This document shows, piece by piece, positions 1 to 12,912 of a DNA stretch of 64,000 bases. The stretch spans positions 21,001,700 to 21,065,699 of the forward strand of contig OZ037768.1 of NCBI GenBank assembly GCA_964035545.1, written 5' to 3'. The notes under the pieces were generated by a model. That model did not search any database and was not told the origin of the DNA. It saw only the letters and a list, made by a program, of their open reading frames with translations. The position numbers and the translations under genes were made by a program. Position 1 is the first letter of the stretch, and the number at the start of each line of letters is the position of its first letter. Source of the stretch: Bugula neritina (taxonomy: Eukaryota > Animalia > Bryozoa).

Positions 1-293
1 ATCCATAATTATATGTTATATTATGGTGTTGTCTACCCGAGTATGGTACATAGCATATTATACTGCAATGCACTTACGCTCCTATTTCCAAATGGCAAAT
101 GACAGCATGTAAGACAAATATTATAGCGAATGCCTCCATTTAAACTAAAATTTAAATGCAAATTTGTAAATGGTGGGCATTATAGGATTTTTTGATACAC
201 AATTATCAAATGTGCAGCCTTATTAGTAAGTATGAATGAGTTAGTTATCAAATAAACTTTATATGTAGTTATAGAATGAGGAGATCTTCTTAC

Positions 294-941
294 ATAAATA
301 ACATCAACAAAACTATAAATCTTTTGTACAAAAACCTAATACAAAGTAACATCATAATGATATTAAACGCTCCATCAATAGAAACATCTAAAAAATTATT
401 ACTTTTAAATAAGCTAAACTTATTGTTTAGCGAATCTCTCAACACACCTACAACTTCCTCTGAAGAAGGGAAATCCTCCGATTCAACAGTCATCTCTTCC
501 AAGTAATCCTCTAATAGACTATAGAGTGTTTTCCTGATCTCTTTCTGCTCAGGTGTCTGAGTCTGCTTCAACTCGCCCCCTGTTTGTATGTAAAATAGAA
601 ACTAAACAACATTTATGCCACATCAAAGGCTGAAGAAGAGTTTATTGATTTATTTATTAATTAAGAAGAATATTATTGAGTAATTGTGTCCTCAGCTAAT
701 CAACTTATCTCTGTTGTTCAAATTTTGAAGTTAACAGAAATTCAAATACAGATTTTAAATTAGTAGCAGTTGAAACATAGACATTTTCTCCAGCAGCCAA
801 ACGTAATTTATCTCACATTACTATTTAATATAAAGTGCATATGCTATTTGCTAGACAACAAGTGCGGCATAATATGTTTCTCATTTTGAATTAATGTAGC
901 ATTTTCTTCTCACCATTATCTCGTGCAGATGGATTTGTCAT
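294..941 (-). CDS. Uncharacterised spliced gene, partial model; hydrophobic stretch near the end of the visible part
   Basis: ATG at 941, exon 941-914 (MTNPSARDN, GTGAG donor), phase-1 join to acceptor at 579 (GGELKQTQTPEQKEIRKTLYSLLEDYLEEM...). Possible GTAAGA donor at 293 and further exon ~143-77. Probable upstream exon ending at 1810, divergent from NDUFB4. No family recognised. Confidence 0.45.
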
Positions 942-1830
942 GCTCAGGAGTCAAAAGCTGTTGAGTTGGGACATCTAACCCTGTATAATAGTAATATGGT
1001 ATCTGAAAGTCAAAGTGTATATTTATATTATAAGAGATTATTTAGTCATAGTGATAGTGTAACAAAATATTATCTCAAATAAAAGAGAAGAGATGAACCT
1101 AAATCAGCTAAATGATGAAAAAATTAAAACCAGGAATTTACCTTTAGTAACTAATTGAGTCACTTAAGTTAATTATTCGCTTAAATTTTACCTAGACTTC
1201 CATAATTCATTTTAATTTTTACTAATGAGTAATAATCAGAGGTAATAACTAAGTCTAAAATCTAAAGACGAAGTAATTAATTGAAATCTACGGCTAAGTG
1301 AAAGTTTAATAAGTAAAACTAAATGTAATGACTAATAACTTAGGTTATCTCAATTTCTCCACCACTGCTCCTAAATAATAAGTAATGACTACCGTCAATG
1401 ACTAATCAGAATCACTAATGACACTAACAGTTTGAGTTTCAATAATAATTATCAAATTTGCACTTTTATAATAATAATTACTATTTTTATTATATTCGTT
1501 ATTAATATTATTATTATCATTTAATTTTATCTTTTTAAGTTTAACTTTATGAGCTTCCAATCCCATACTCATTCTCATAAGTCATACTGATACTCATACT
1601 CATAGTGATAGGGCTAGGAGTAGGCATAAATTTTAAAACAAAGCAAATTTTCAACAGTAAATATTTACATTTAAATTCAGTCCTACATAATGATAGCCAT
1701 AATAGATATTACTTATTAAAATTATATCCATTGGATTTAATTTATTCATATTCACATTGGTCGTTGGATATGGTTATTGCACATTCTTAATAGAGTACAC
1801 GAACAGTACCTGGAAGACCACACACACCAT

Positions 1831-1983
1831 TAGTATCTAATAAACGTTTAAAACTGGACCGCTGAACGGACACAGAGATCCTAAAGGATACACATCCTGA
1901 AAGAAATGAAATGTCTGTTGCACCCGCAAGAAAAGTAAATATTGGTTTAAAGATCTTAGCCTATCTATAAGAGTCGAGCGAAA
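1831..1983. promoter_or_regulatory. Putative bidirectional promoter/5' UTR region between the unknown minus-strand gene and NDUFB4
   Basis: Locally GC-richer segment between a minus-strand donor (1809) and the NDUFB4 ATG (1984), with hexamer-periodic tracts on both sides. Confidence 0.45.
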
Positions 1984-4136
1984 ATGGCCGGTGATGCAGT
2001 CAAGCCAAAACTGGACACCAGTAAAATTTATTATGCTACACGAGAAGAACTCGAGGCAGCAAAAGCTAGAGCTTCCATGAGGCAAAGTGCAAAGGCTGAA
2101 TTTCAAAAGAAATATACAAATCCCTTAAAAGGCACCTCTGGCGGCGGCTATATAGTAAGAAAATCATCATGATTCAATTTGAATTTGAATTCGGATCTTA
2201 TCACATGTCCAACTTTCACTTTCAGACGTGTAATTTTTAGTTACTACTTATTAAAATTATTATTATTACGTAAAATTATGAATGATTGGTTGTGGGATAC
2301 TTTTACTTACCTATAATCATTAGACTTATTCTTAGTCTTACTCAGTTACTGTCATACTGACTAATAGTAATACTGATACTCTAATAGTAATACTAATAGT
2401 AATAGTAATACTATTACTATTAGTAATACTAATAGTAATAGTTACTTAAAGTTAAACTGAGAGTGAAAGTAAACTGTGAACACATTTATTGGTTATTTGC
2501 AAATTTTAAACTTATTTTTTATCTCTGTAGTGATATTAGTAGTAGCAGTCGAAGTAGCAGTAGTAGTAGCTAAACACCAACATACTCTGAAATAGCCGCT
2601 TGTCACTTGTACTATCACGGATTTATTGGTTTATTACATTTTACTCAAAAGTTAGAAAGGTGACAAATTGTGCTAAATAATAGTAAATAGTAGACGTACT
2701 AATTGTTGTGCACTGAAAATACAGACAATGCTCAGTTATTAACAGTAACTTTACCGTACCTTATAGTAATAACTTATTACTTCAGGTACAATAAAGTGAT
2801 ACTCAATAACAATGTATTGAGAATACAATAGGCATAACAATAGCTAGCATCTAACTTTACAATTTTAGTTTGGCTTTTAGTTTTAGATCTAGGTTCATCA
2901 GTTTCACATATATTTACTTAAATGATATTAATTATTAGAGTTGATAGTTATTATAATTGATAGTTCTTATTTTTAGAAACATGTTTATAGTAATGTAAAA
3001 ATGAAATTGTTTTGTTGGTATTTAATGCTACTGAATTGTATATATTAATATTATAATTTAATTTTTTCGTAAAATGAGCATAGTTGGAAGATTAAGCAAT
3101 GATTAAAACTAAATGCAATATAACTAATACTATTTCACAGTATATGTTCATGTTACTGTTTTACTTTTATCAATCCTTCAATATAGGGAATAGGTAATAA
3201 AAATACATGTAGGTATTATAATTATTTATTCATAGATTCACTGATGAAACTGTTTATAATACTTTATGTCTAAACTGAAATTCATAATTTGCAGATGTCA
3301 AGATGTATAATCATAATAATGATATACGAGGCCATAGAATATACACATGTCTAGTAACTTATCACTGTTAGAGTGTACTGCTAATTGATATATTATGATA
3401 AAAGCAACCTATACTAACCATAATTATTATAACATGTTTTTATTTTGTATAAATTTTACATACTGCATTTTAGTTTGATCCGTCGATGCAGAGGTTCATG
3501 TCTATGAAAGTGTCTTTGTATGACAGTCACAGGGCAACTCCTCGCAACACTTGGGCCTTTCTGTGGACCACCGTTATTCCTATATTTGCTATATATAAAT
3601 ATCTAACTCACGAACTGGTAAGTTTGTTGCAAATTAGTGAGCTGGCTCTTGTTGTAGTCTTTTATATATACAAGATATGTTTGATAAATGGCATTACTGA
3701 CTCGTGCTCACTAAAATAAATAAGAGCTGTTTTGATTAAATTATACTGAACTCTATTATTCAGTACCTTAATTACACTGACTTATGGAGAGGTTTATTCC
3801 AAGAGAGTTTTTCTCAATACATCTTTGTTAAGAAAATTAAATTGATAACAAAAATATGATTGATTTATTGTCATTGTGTTTGTACGTGTCAATTTAACTC
3901 TGGAGAGCTTTGAAATTGATATCATAACTTGATCAATCAGATCTCTATCATAATTTATTCTTTAAATTTTGGTCTGCATGCTGAAGCCACCACAAGCAAT
4001 TTTTTTGTTGTTTGTGGAGTTATTTCCTCTATTTTTGGAATTCTCACTATATTATATTGTATTTCAGGACACAAGAGAGAAGGTCTTCCGATCAGGCGCA
4101 GTTCCTTATAAGGAGAGATTGTGGAAGCATGACTAA
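1984..4136 (+). CDS. NDUFB4: NADH dehydrogenase (ubiquinone) 1 beta subcomplex subunit 4, 127 aa, 3 exons (1984-2154, 3474-3617, 4068-4136)
   Basis: Phase-0 GT-AG introns give ...KAEFQKKYTNPLKGTSGGGYI|FDPSMQRFMSMKVSLYDSHRATPRNTWAFLWTTVIPIF...|DTREKVFRSGAVPYKERLWKHD*. The FDP.+QRF, single TM and RSG.V.Y..R pattern is typical of invertebrate NDUFB4. AATAAA at 4368. Confidence 0.9.
2361..2443. repeat. Hexamer-periodic simple repeat (TAGTAA/TACTAA)n in NDUFB4 intron 1
   Basis: ctaatagtaatactgatactctaatagtaatactaatagtaatagtaatactattactattagtaatact... Confidence 0.85.
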
Positions 4137-7064
4137 TGCATTTTCTCCGCTAGCTAGTAGCATCTATATATGTAATATCAGACTTGTATGTGAGCTGACA
4201 TTGTTTAGAGCTGATAGATACCAACTTAATATGTTGAGTGTATTGTTTAAATGATACCTACAATACTAGAAAAATAATTCACGTAACAAAATTTTGATGG
4301 AAATCTAGTTGTATCTGCATACTAAATGCTAATAATTTAATTTTGATATTGAGTTTTGTGGTTTTTCAATAAAGTGTATGTATATTAATATGACTGTATT
4401 GTGATTATTATAATTCTACCGTAAACAAATAATATCTTTGTGTTTATCTCAATTTTGTTATTAATACTTTGTAAAATCTTTAGTTTCAAAGACTAAAATC
4501 AAGTGCTCACTGCTTCATTGGTTATTTTGGCTTAGTATTTTGGTTGCAAAAAACTTATTTGAGAGCTATTTTGCTTGGTCCTAGTAGTAAAGTTGTGTTC
4601 TCAATCTTTCATGTGTTGCAACACATTGCTAAAGGTTTTATATAAACATGATTGTACTGATTAGTAGATTCGAAATATATTTTTAGGTTAAATGTGAAAT
4701 GAAGATATTACACATTACCTAGTTGAGCTAAAGAACTTCTGTGGTAAATATTTTACCAATAGCAATTCTACATTAAATTTAAAAAATTTAGACCAGCTTT
4801 AATATGTGAACTACTCTATCTAATAAACAATAAATAGTTATACCCAACATACTATGCAAGGTTTATAAACATGTTATCTTTGAGAAGTTTTAGCTAATTC
4901 TGACTTAGAACATTGTTTGTTTTTTCTAAAAATTCATCTTCATGCTATTTAAATATTGGCCATCAATATGCAGTTTCAATGCAGCAATGTGCTTTTGAAG
5001 ACTTCTTTAAACCATGCAAAAACAAGAAGTTGCAAAGGTTTTCGAAGAAACGTTAGTTTTGTTAGCATACATTTAACTAAAAGGCCATGAAATACTTTGG
5101 GATAGTGTGTTTATAAAAACATTTTTCAGATTTAAAAACAATTTTTGCTAAATTAACATTACAACACTTTGCTGAAGTATATAAAAGTGTTCTTAATTAA
5201 ATGAGAATGCATGGTCATGCATCACATAGTTGATCAAAGCAATGTAAAATATGCCAACATTCAGTTCCAGGCAGTAAAATTGTATTAACAGAGTATTGAG
5301 AATTAATTGTACAAAAAGTTTCATGCTGACAATTTGCCAGTACCATTATACCATTACCACTTCACACTTTGTGAAGTAATTGTTTCCCACACTAAGCAAA
5401 AGGCATGCAACTCCAAAAGTGGCCAAGCCAAACCCATACGTTCTGAATACCATACAACAATTTTGTTCTGCATCTATTTGAATTGTACTATTTTATATGC
5501 TTCAAAGGTGTTGAAATATGAAGGATTGTTGATCTAGGGTATTTTCCTTTACGGCTTAGTAAATTCAGATAAAAGATGCATTCTCCATCAACAATGGCTG
5601 GCATATAGGATAAAATAACAGTGGGTAAAATAGCTTTACACGTATGCTATTTAAGAAAACAATTCATTGTGAGGATCAATATTGTATCATTTTGTTAGAC
5701 GAAACAATGTTTACAAGTTACTATGTTTTTATTCTTTTATTCAATTCTTGATATATTCATCATCATAATTAGTCTAAATGGTTTCAGTCTCAAGAGTGTA
5801 TGACTGAGCAATATGATCAATTGGAATAACTGAGGATACAGAATAACCTACTTTTTAGAGAGAGCTTACAAGGTATCTTTTTTGTACTTATGGTAACATG
5901 AATTCTTGACATACTCTAATTACTAGCAAAATATGCATGAGATACAATTAAAGCTTATAGCTGTAGCGAAGATTGGCTTATTGATTTGTGTTAGTCTAGA
6001 CTCTACGTAGAAACACAAGCTGGTGTCTGCTAAAATAATTATTAGCTACATGTATATTATAAATGTAAACTAATCAGATTTCACTAGGCAATCAGTTATA
6101 ATATTTAAATATGAATCTAAAGATTTATAAGCAGAAAATCTTTATTGAGATTTTAATTTGCTCAGGTAGAAGACATTGACTTATAACAAATGAAAATTAT
6201 GTTGATAAGCTTTAGCGCTTGGAATTAGGAATTTCAGTTTTGTCAGTGAACATAAAGCATATTATAATTGTTGATATAAATTATCGTAATCACATGAAAT
6301 CCCATTTATATTATATGTAGACAGTATCAAAACGCACTGATTTATACACAAGCATTTCTTGTGCCAGGATTGAGGTGTAATCAAATACACAAACTGCATA
6401 CGTATTGTTGATAAAACTGAGCAGTTTGCTGAAAGTAAAGTAATTTTTTTTATAATGATGTTGAAAACCAAATTTTTATAAACTGAAGAGTTTATCAACA
6501 AAAGCTTACTCTCCAGATTCTAGGTAGTGAGGTACAGAGTTAGAAAGTAAATTTATACTTGCATGATAATTAGTTGTATCATTATAATACTGCTTTATAT
6601 TATGGTTTCATTTAGTAATCAGTATACATACATGCTAGTTTACTGAGTAAAATCACAAACTAAAAAGATGTTACTGACTAATTATTATAAGTGCTGCTAT
6701 ATATTTCGAAATAATTGTTGCTAAAAGTGACAATTTGGCTACAATAAATTTTTATTAAAGGGATTTTAACATTCATTTATTGGCTTTTGTATAACATGAA
6801 CTTGTTGAGTGTGTTGGAGTGCAACTATAATAGCCAATTTTCTGTGTTGTGCATGTGCATTATGCTAGACACAATTTACTGTCCAATATAAGTGTATCGC
6901 TTTCAAATACATGCATGACATTGTATTATATTTGATTACATATCAATATCATATATGTGTCATCTACCTCTCTATCTTTGTAGATGGATTTACTAAAGTA
7001 GATTTACACAGGTCGCTGTGCTGACTATTATTTAAGATAATACACGTGTACTATTTCAGTGGAC

Positions 7065-10000
7065 ATGTCATCAACCCAGCCCAGGGAAGCCTACTATTCC
7101 CATTCCTTGCCGCGCAGCGCTCATGGGAACAGTGCTCATTCAGCGACCTTGGCACACTACAGCCAAGGTGGAATATCTACAGGCAGTTTGCGTAAACCTA
7201 TACAAAGCAATCAGTTTATATTGACAGGCAGCAAACGTCCTTCATCTGCCGGAAATCAACAACCTGTCGTAACGAGACACAATTTACCTGCAGAAAACGA
7301 CGGATTTGCTACTGCAAGAAATGCTCATCACGTTGAATATTCTCATAGACCTTACAAGGAGCATAACGGCTATCAAACAGCATCACAACAATCTCAAACA
7401 GGAAATGGAAGCTATACGGCCACAGAGCACAATCGTAATATACCAATGATGAGTCACCATCACATATCTGAGAGAAATGGTCAGAACGACCAGTCTAGTC
7501 CAGAAACGTATGCTTCGCCAGTGAACCACCCTGGCTCAATAGAAAACAGACAGAATATGGTAGTAGAAAATGGATACCATACACCTACATCTCAAAACGC
7601 AGCTCAAATAACCAACAAAAACAGTATTCATACAGAATATAAGCACAATGAGAACAAGGGAAATTTGAGACAGCTTTTGAGCGGTTCGTCTCCAAAGGAT
7701 AGAACGTGCATCTTAGCTGTGGTTCTTGAAGATTTTACTGCACATGGTCCCACTGAGATCAGCGTAAGTTTCTAATACTTACTCGGTGTATGCTACAGTA
7801 AAATTAGGAATAGTTTCACAAAACCAAAATTCTTAAAAGTTTTGAATCATTTACAAAACTATCACATTCTAGCTGTATCTAGAAAGTTTATTTAGTTTGA
7901 TGCAACGCAAGATAAATTTACTGAGTACAGTAGAGATAAAGAACTGTACTGATTTAATGCATATTTATATATTAGAAAAGAGAGCTCAAGTTATGTAAGA
8001 TGAACCAGTTTGATCATAATAAATTATCCTAATACAATGGATATATAATATCTTCAGAAGTTATGAAAATTTGTAATTTGATATAACTTAATGCCTAAAG
8101 CCCACAGGAATTTCATAGTTACTGTAGCATAACTGATGGTTAACATACATGTTAAAACTGTGTAAATACTCGTACATTAAACTGCAGTATTCAACTCTAC
8201 CATGTAGTATATGTATTCTTTGTATAAACTCACTCATGTCAATGCAATACACGTCAGTAATGTGACATTCATCCTATATTAATGTCTATTCCAGCAAATT
8301 AATTGTAGGTTAATTTTAAAACATTGTATGCATTATAATACAATGTTTATATATGGTCCTTAAGTGATTATGCTACACACTTTCCAAGACATCTTTATCC
8401 TACATTAATAAGCAGTGTTCAAATTATAAATTATATACAACTTTTCTTTTTCCTGTAAGAATAATTTTTTATACTTCAGGGAATTTGCATTCTTAATTTC
8501 TTCTAAATTTGAATAAGTAAAGTTCAAATAGTTTACGAAATAAATTCAACTCATTTGAAACCTTAACTGGCAGATTGAATTAACTGACAATTAAAACAGA
8601 TTAAAGTTTTTAGTGAAATACAGCACTTATTTGCGCACAGAGTATTATATAATATTAGTTAAATGTGACAAACAACATGGTGTGTGAATTTTAGGTGAAG
8701 AAAGGTGATGAGATTTACATCATGTTTCAACTGAATGATTGGGCATACGTGGCATGTTTGTCTGACCCAGGTTTAAAAGGCTACATCCCATTGGACTATT
8801 GCCTGCAAATAGAGAACTTTTACACAGGAGCTACAGGGAGCTTACCTCGACCAAAGTGAGTGATTTATAATGAATGTTCCAGCTAACTACTAGGTATAAG
8901 GCCCAAGTGAAATTTATATTTGAATGACTAACTTAGATTTTCATATTAATAAACTCACTTCCTGTTACTTTTGGCGGGATTCTGAACCATGCTACTGTAG
9001 AATTTAAATTTGCATGGAAAGGCAGCAAATTAACCTTATACCTAAACACTGCTGACATATTGCTGCCTGCATAAACTAATAAAACTGAGAAGAATTGGAG
9101 AATGCAACATTGGTTTGAGATTATACATTTGCTATCGGATGTAGAAATAAGAAAATGAAACAGCAAATATGGCTGACTTCAGATGGCAAACAAACTTGAA
9201 ATGTACAATTGGGTAAATATATGCATAAATGCATCAAAGTCCCAGACAGCAAACAGTACTAAACAGCTCTTTGATCTTTTGCAGGAATACATCTGATAGA
9301 AATGGTCTGGGTAGGAGCAACAGCAGCGTGCAAGTTCGGCCGACTACTTCAGCGAAGAGAGTCCTATTCTCAGATAGCAACTGGCAACACAGCGGAGTAA
9401 ATCGAAATAACACATTCCCTAGAAAAGCTAACACTGAAAGAAATTTGTCTGGTTCAAACAAAGTAGAAACATATAGTTCTTTGCCTTTAACAACTGAGCT
9501 GGTTAAAAACCAGAATTATCATGATGTTTCCCAAATTAGCAGCAAATCCTTGCCACGACCACCGCCATTGGGCCAAGTCAGTGAACATGCCAACAGCAAC
9601 AGAAACATTTCTAGAGCTTTTGCTAAAAGCAATGCTGCTATTTTAGACCAAAACTCTAAACTCAATTCATCTGCCAATAGTACAAGCTCTTTGGAAAAAG
9701 GTAAAGTTTCTACACACAACACAACACTGAATCTAGATGCACAAGTTAAACTGACCATGGAAAGAAACACTCCCACTTATCCCACACTTTTCAATGCATC
9801 TAATAACAGGGAGCTCCATAACCAATTGTTAACTAAACAAAATTCACAGTCAATAGCTTCCCTTACAGAAAATGCACCAAATGTAAGAGCATATTCAAAG
9901 CCAAATGACAGTATGACACCACAATCTAAAGTTATGCTACAACCAAACAAAACTGCTTCTGCCAAACCAGCAAAGCCATCTATTATGCAGTCTCTTGGAA

Positions 10001-12171
10001 AGTTACTAAAATCAAAAGGTGAGATGTTGAGCAAAAATAGGTCTAGCAGTAAATCTAGAGAACGTTACCATTCAGATATATCTGATCTGAATAGAATACT
10101 TAGTCTATCTCTTGAAACCCTGCATGAGACGAGTGAATTAGAAGAGCCGTTGCTTTCTCACAGAACTGATTGTTCTGCCAGCTTTACCATATCGGATCCT
10201 GATTTTTCACCAGATACTGTTCAGCCCGACAAGCAAAAACTTGCCTCTAAACTTCAGAGTACAAGTGAAGCAAGTTCAAATGACTCTTCTCGACAGAAAC
10301 AAAGTGGTGCGCCATCTATTGCAAGCAGCATCAGTGAAGACAATGATAGTGTGTTCATAGAAAATGAACATACGACCAAAGAAGCTGGTCCAAATGCAGT
10401 CATTTCTAGCAAGCATACTTTTTCTAAACCCTGTCCTTCTCCAGAAGGGATTTATGTGGCCCGACCAATAGTTCTCACAGACAATGATGCTTCAGACAAG
10501 AGATTAGATGAAGTATTAACTAAGGAGCAGCCATTGATTAATGTCGAGGATAAAAGGTTGTTACATCTACCACCCACCGCATCACAGGGCGTCATTAATA
10601 AATGTTCCAGAGAAATATCAAGTGCGTCTGAAGAGTTCAGATCTATTGATGAGGCTGATCTGCTACCAACAAAGATACAGTTCCGTCAAATGCTAAAGGA
10701 ACTCAGTCTCATTTCAGAATCAGGGCCTTTATTGTTACCTCCACCTGAGGAATTCAGTTCAGAAGCTACAAAACTCCCTCCAACTAGCGATGGAGAGTCA
10801 AATGAATCAGAAGACAAGGATTGCTACGTATCTATCAGCAAGTGTCCGTATTGTGTGGAGCGACACCAGCAACATACTAAGGGCACCCAGAGCTCACTAA
10901 ACCCTACAGATGTTCGTAATGAAACCACCAGTGAGGAAAAAAGGTAAGAACGTGTTTGTTTCGTTAACAAAAAATACAAAATTTTAATTGAATGGTTTAT
11001 TAAAGATTGTACAAAATAACACATTTATAAATACAACATATGAGTAATACAAAGTTACAATGTTTGTGTATACAAGAGTACATATGCTTGGTGAGTATTT
11101 TTATTGAAATTGCATTCTGTAAGTAACTGGAAATATTGTAGAGGCCACAGCAGTGTGAGTTCAAGTTCCACACAGACAGACTCTACAGATACTAGCTCTA
11201 AAACTACATTCTCCATTGTAAGTTTAATGGGAACTTTATATTTATTGCAAAATCATGATGGAATTACTTTAGGTAATGAGAACTTTCAATACAATATAGA
11301 TTCTAGAGTTATAACTTAGTATAAATATAAATAAATTTGAACTGTCTACTGAAATTCAAAGTGTTCAACTATCAACAGAACAACCAATAAGAATGTCTTA
11401 ACTATCATAATAATGTACATGATAGACAATGCATTTGCATTCTACTTCAAAGACATGCTGTATTGTTTGAAGATCCAGAAATATAGATTTTCTTTTGTCA
11501 TACATCATTGTTTGTTTTCTTTCAAACTTCTTTTTGTTTGTCTGGCCCTAGTCTAAAATAATTTGTAAAAACACTTATATACCCTGCATTTTCCAGCTTC
11601 TAATTAAGAATGAATTTTTCATTCCATGTTTGGAAACAGTTGCATCGAATGAAACCACAGCCATAAGTTCATGCAAACTACAACCACAAATTCATCCTAC
11701 AGCATCCATAATGCAGAGGCATGGAAACGCAGTGATATATAGAATACGCTAGTGATATGAATCAAATAAATAGCTTAACTGAATTTTTAAGATTACTAAA
11801 AATCAAAAATACCTAAAATGCTTCAAATCTGCAGTCTATAACTTATAATTTACTAATGAAAACTTTTATTTTAGAGTATAGATGAGTGTAGAGGTGTTGG
11901 CAAAGGTGTCAAGGTGAAAAGAAGTAGAAGTGATGTTGGATCATTTAGTAGACTTAGTAAACATAGACAGTCTTCTTTGTGCCCAAATACTGAGGACTCA
12001 CTACGACCTTCTGATTTTTCTGGGCACTCAAACTCTATAAACCACGGTCACACACCACAAACACCAATCTCAGAGGCACATCAAAAAAGCACACCAAAGT
12101 CCACAATGACTCTAAACTCATGTTCCACTACATCCTCCCGCCATACAGTAAATGAAATAGTTTTATTATGA
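7065..12171 (+). CDS. Single-SH3-domain, largely disordered Ser-rich protein, ~963 aa; exons 7065-7763, 8695-8855, 9285-10943, 11142-11217, 11875-12171
   Basis: All junctions are GT-AG and phase-compatible. SH3 is split by intron 1: AVVLEDFTAHGPTEIS|VKKGDEIYIMFQLNDWAYVACLSDPGLKGYIPLDYC. The true start may lie in an upstream exon (acceptor at 7059). Confidence 0.8.
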
Positions 12172-12912
12172 GTCACGTGAACAGTGCCATTTAAAAAAAA
12201 CGGTTCTCCATATTTGATATGTTTTAGCCCATGACTGAAAAGTCTGTCCGTCCACTTGATATTATGCAATGGCGTTGAAAATGCTAGCACAATCTTTTAA
12301 AATTGTATATTATTGTTGCACTTTACTTCTATATATGCACTTGCTCATCTGCTGTTACACATACACTGTACGTTTGTGTCTACAGTTTTATCATATGCCT
12401 AGCATTTTTTACATTTTGAAATACAACTTAACCACCCAAAATAATCTAATATCACATACAGCTAAGCTGTTCTTTACCCATTGTAATACATATTCATTTC
12501 TTGCTTTTGTACTCATTACATTATGCTTGAATGACTTTAAATGAGAGATGACAACTTACAAACTTTTGGAGTTGCCTTGAAACGTATTCTGCAGCAATAA
12601 ATGTAATGACTCATAAAGCAATAATGAAATTATAAACTAAAAAAATCAATGCTAATTCTTGAATTTCTAAAACCGTAATTTTGGATGAGCAGTTTTTGTG
12701 AAAACTTGCAGCTAAAAGGTTGGTGTGTTTTCATTAATTGCAAAATAAAGCTGTACCAAGAAGTTAACAGTAAGACAGCAGTCTAGTTGAATTGTTGTAA
12801 TAGCTCGTTAAATTGATACCCTCTGGTTGACTAGAAGATTTAGACACTAGTTTTATCAAAAGTCGTCATTTATATCTAATCATTAAACTTACTTAGTGAA
12901 TACTTGAGTGAG

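Noticed and set aside
9234-10034. Minus-strand ORFs of 75-85 aa
   Set aside because: Antisense shadows of the long plus-strand exon.
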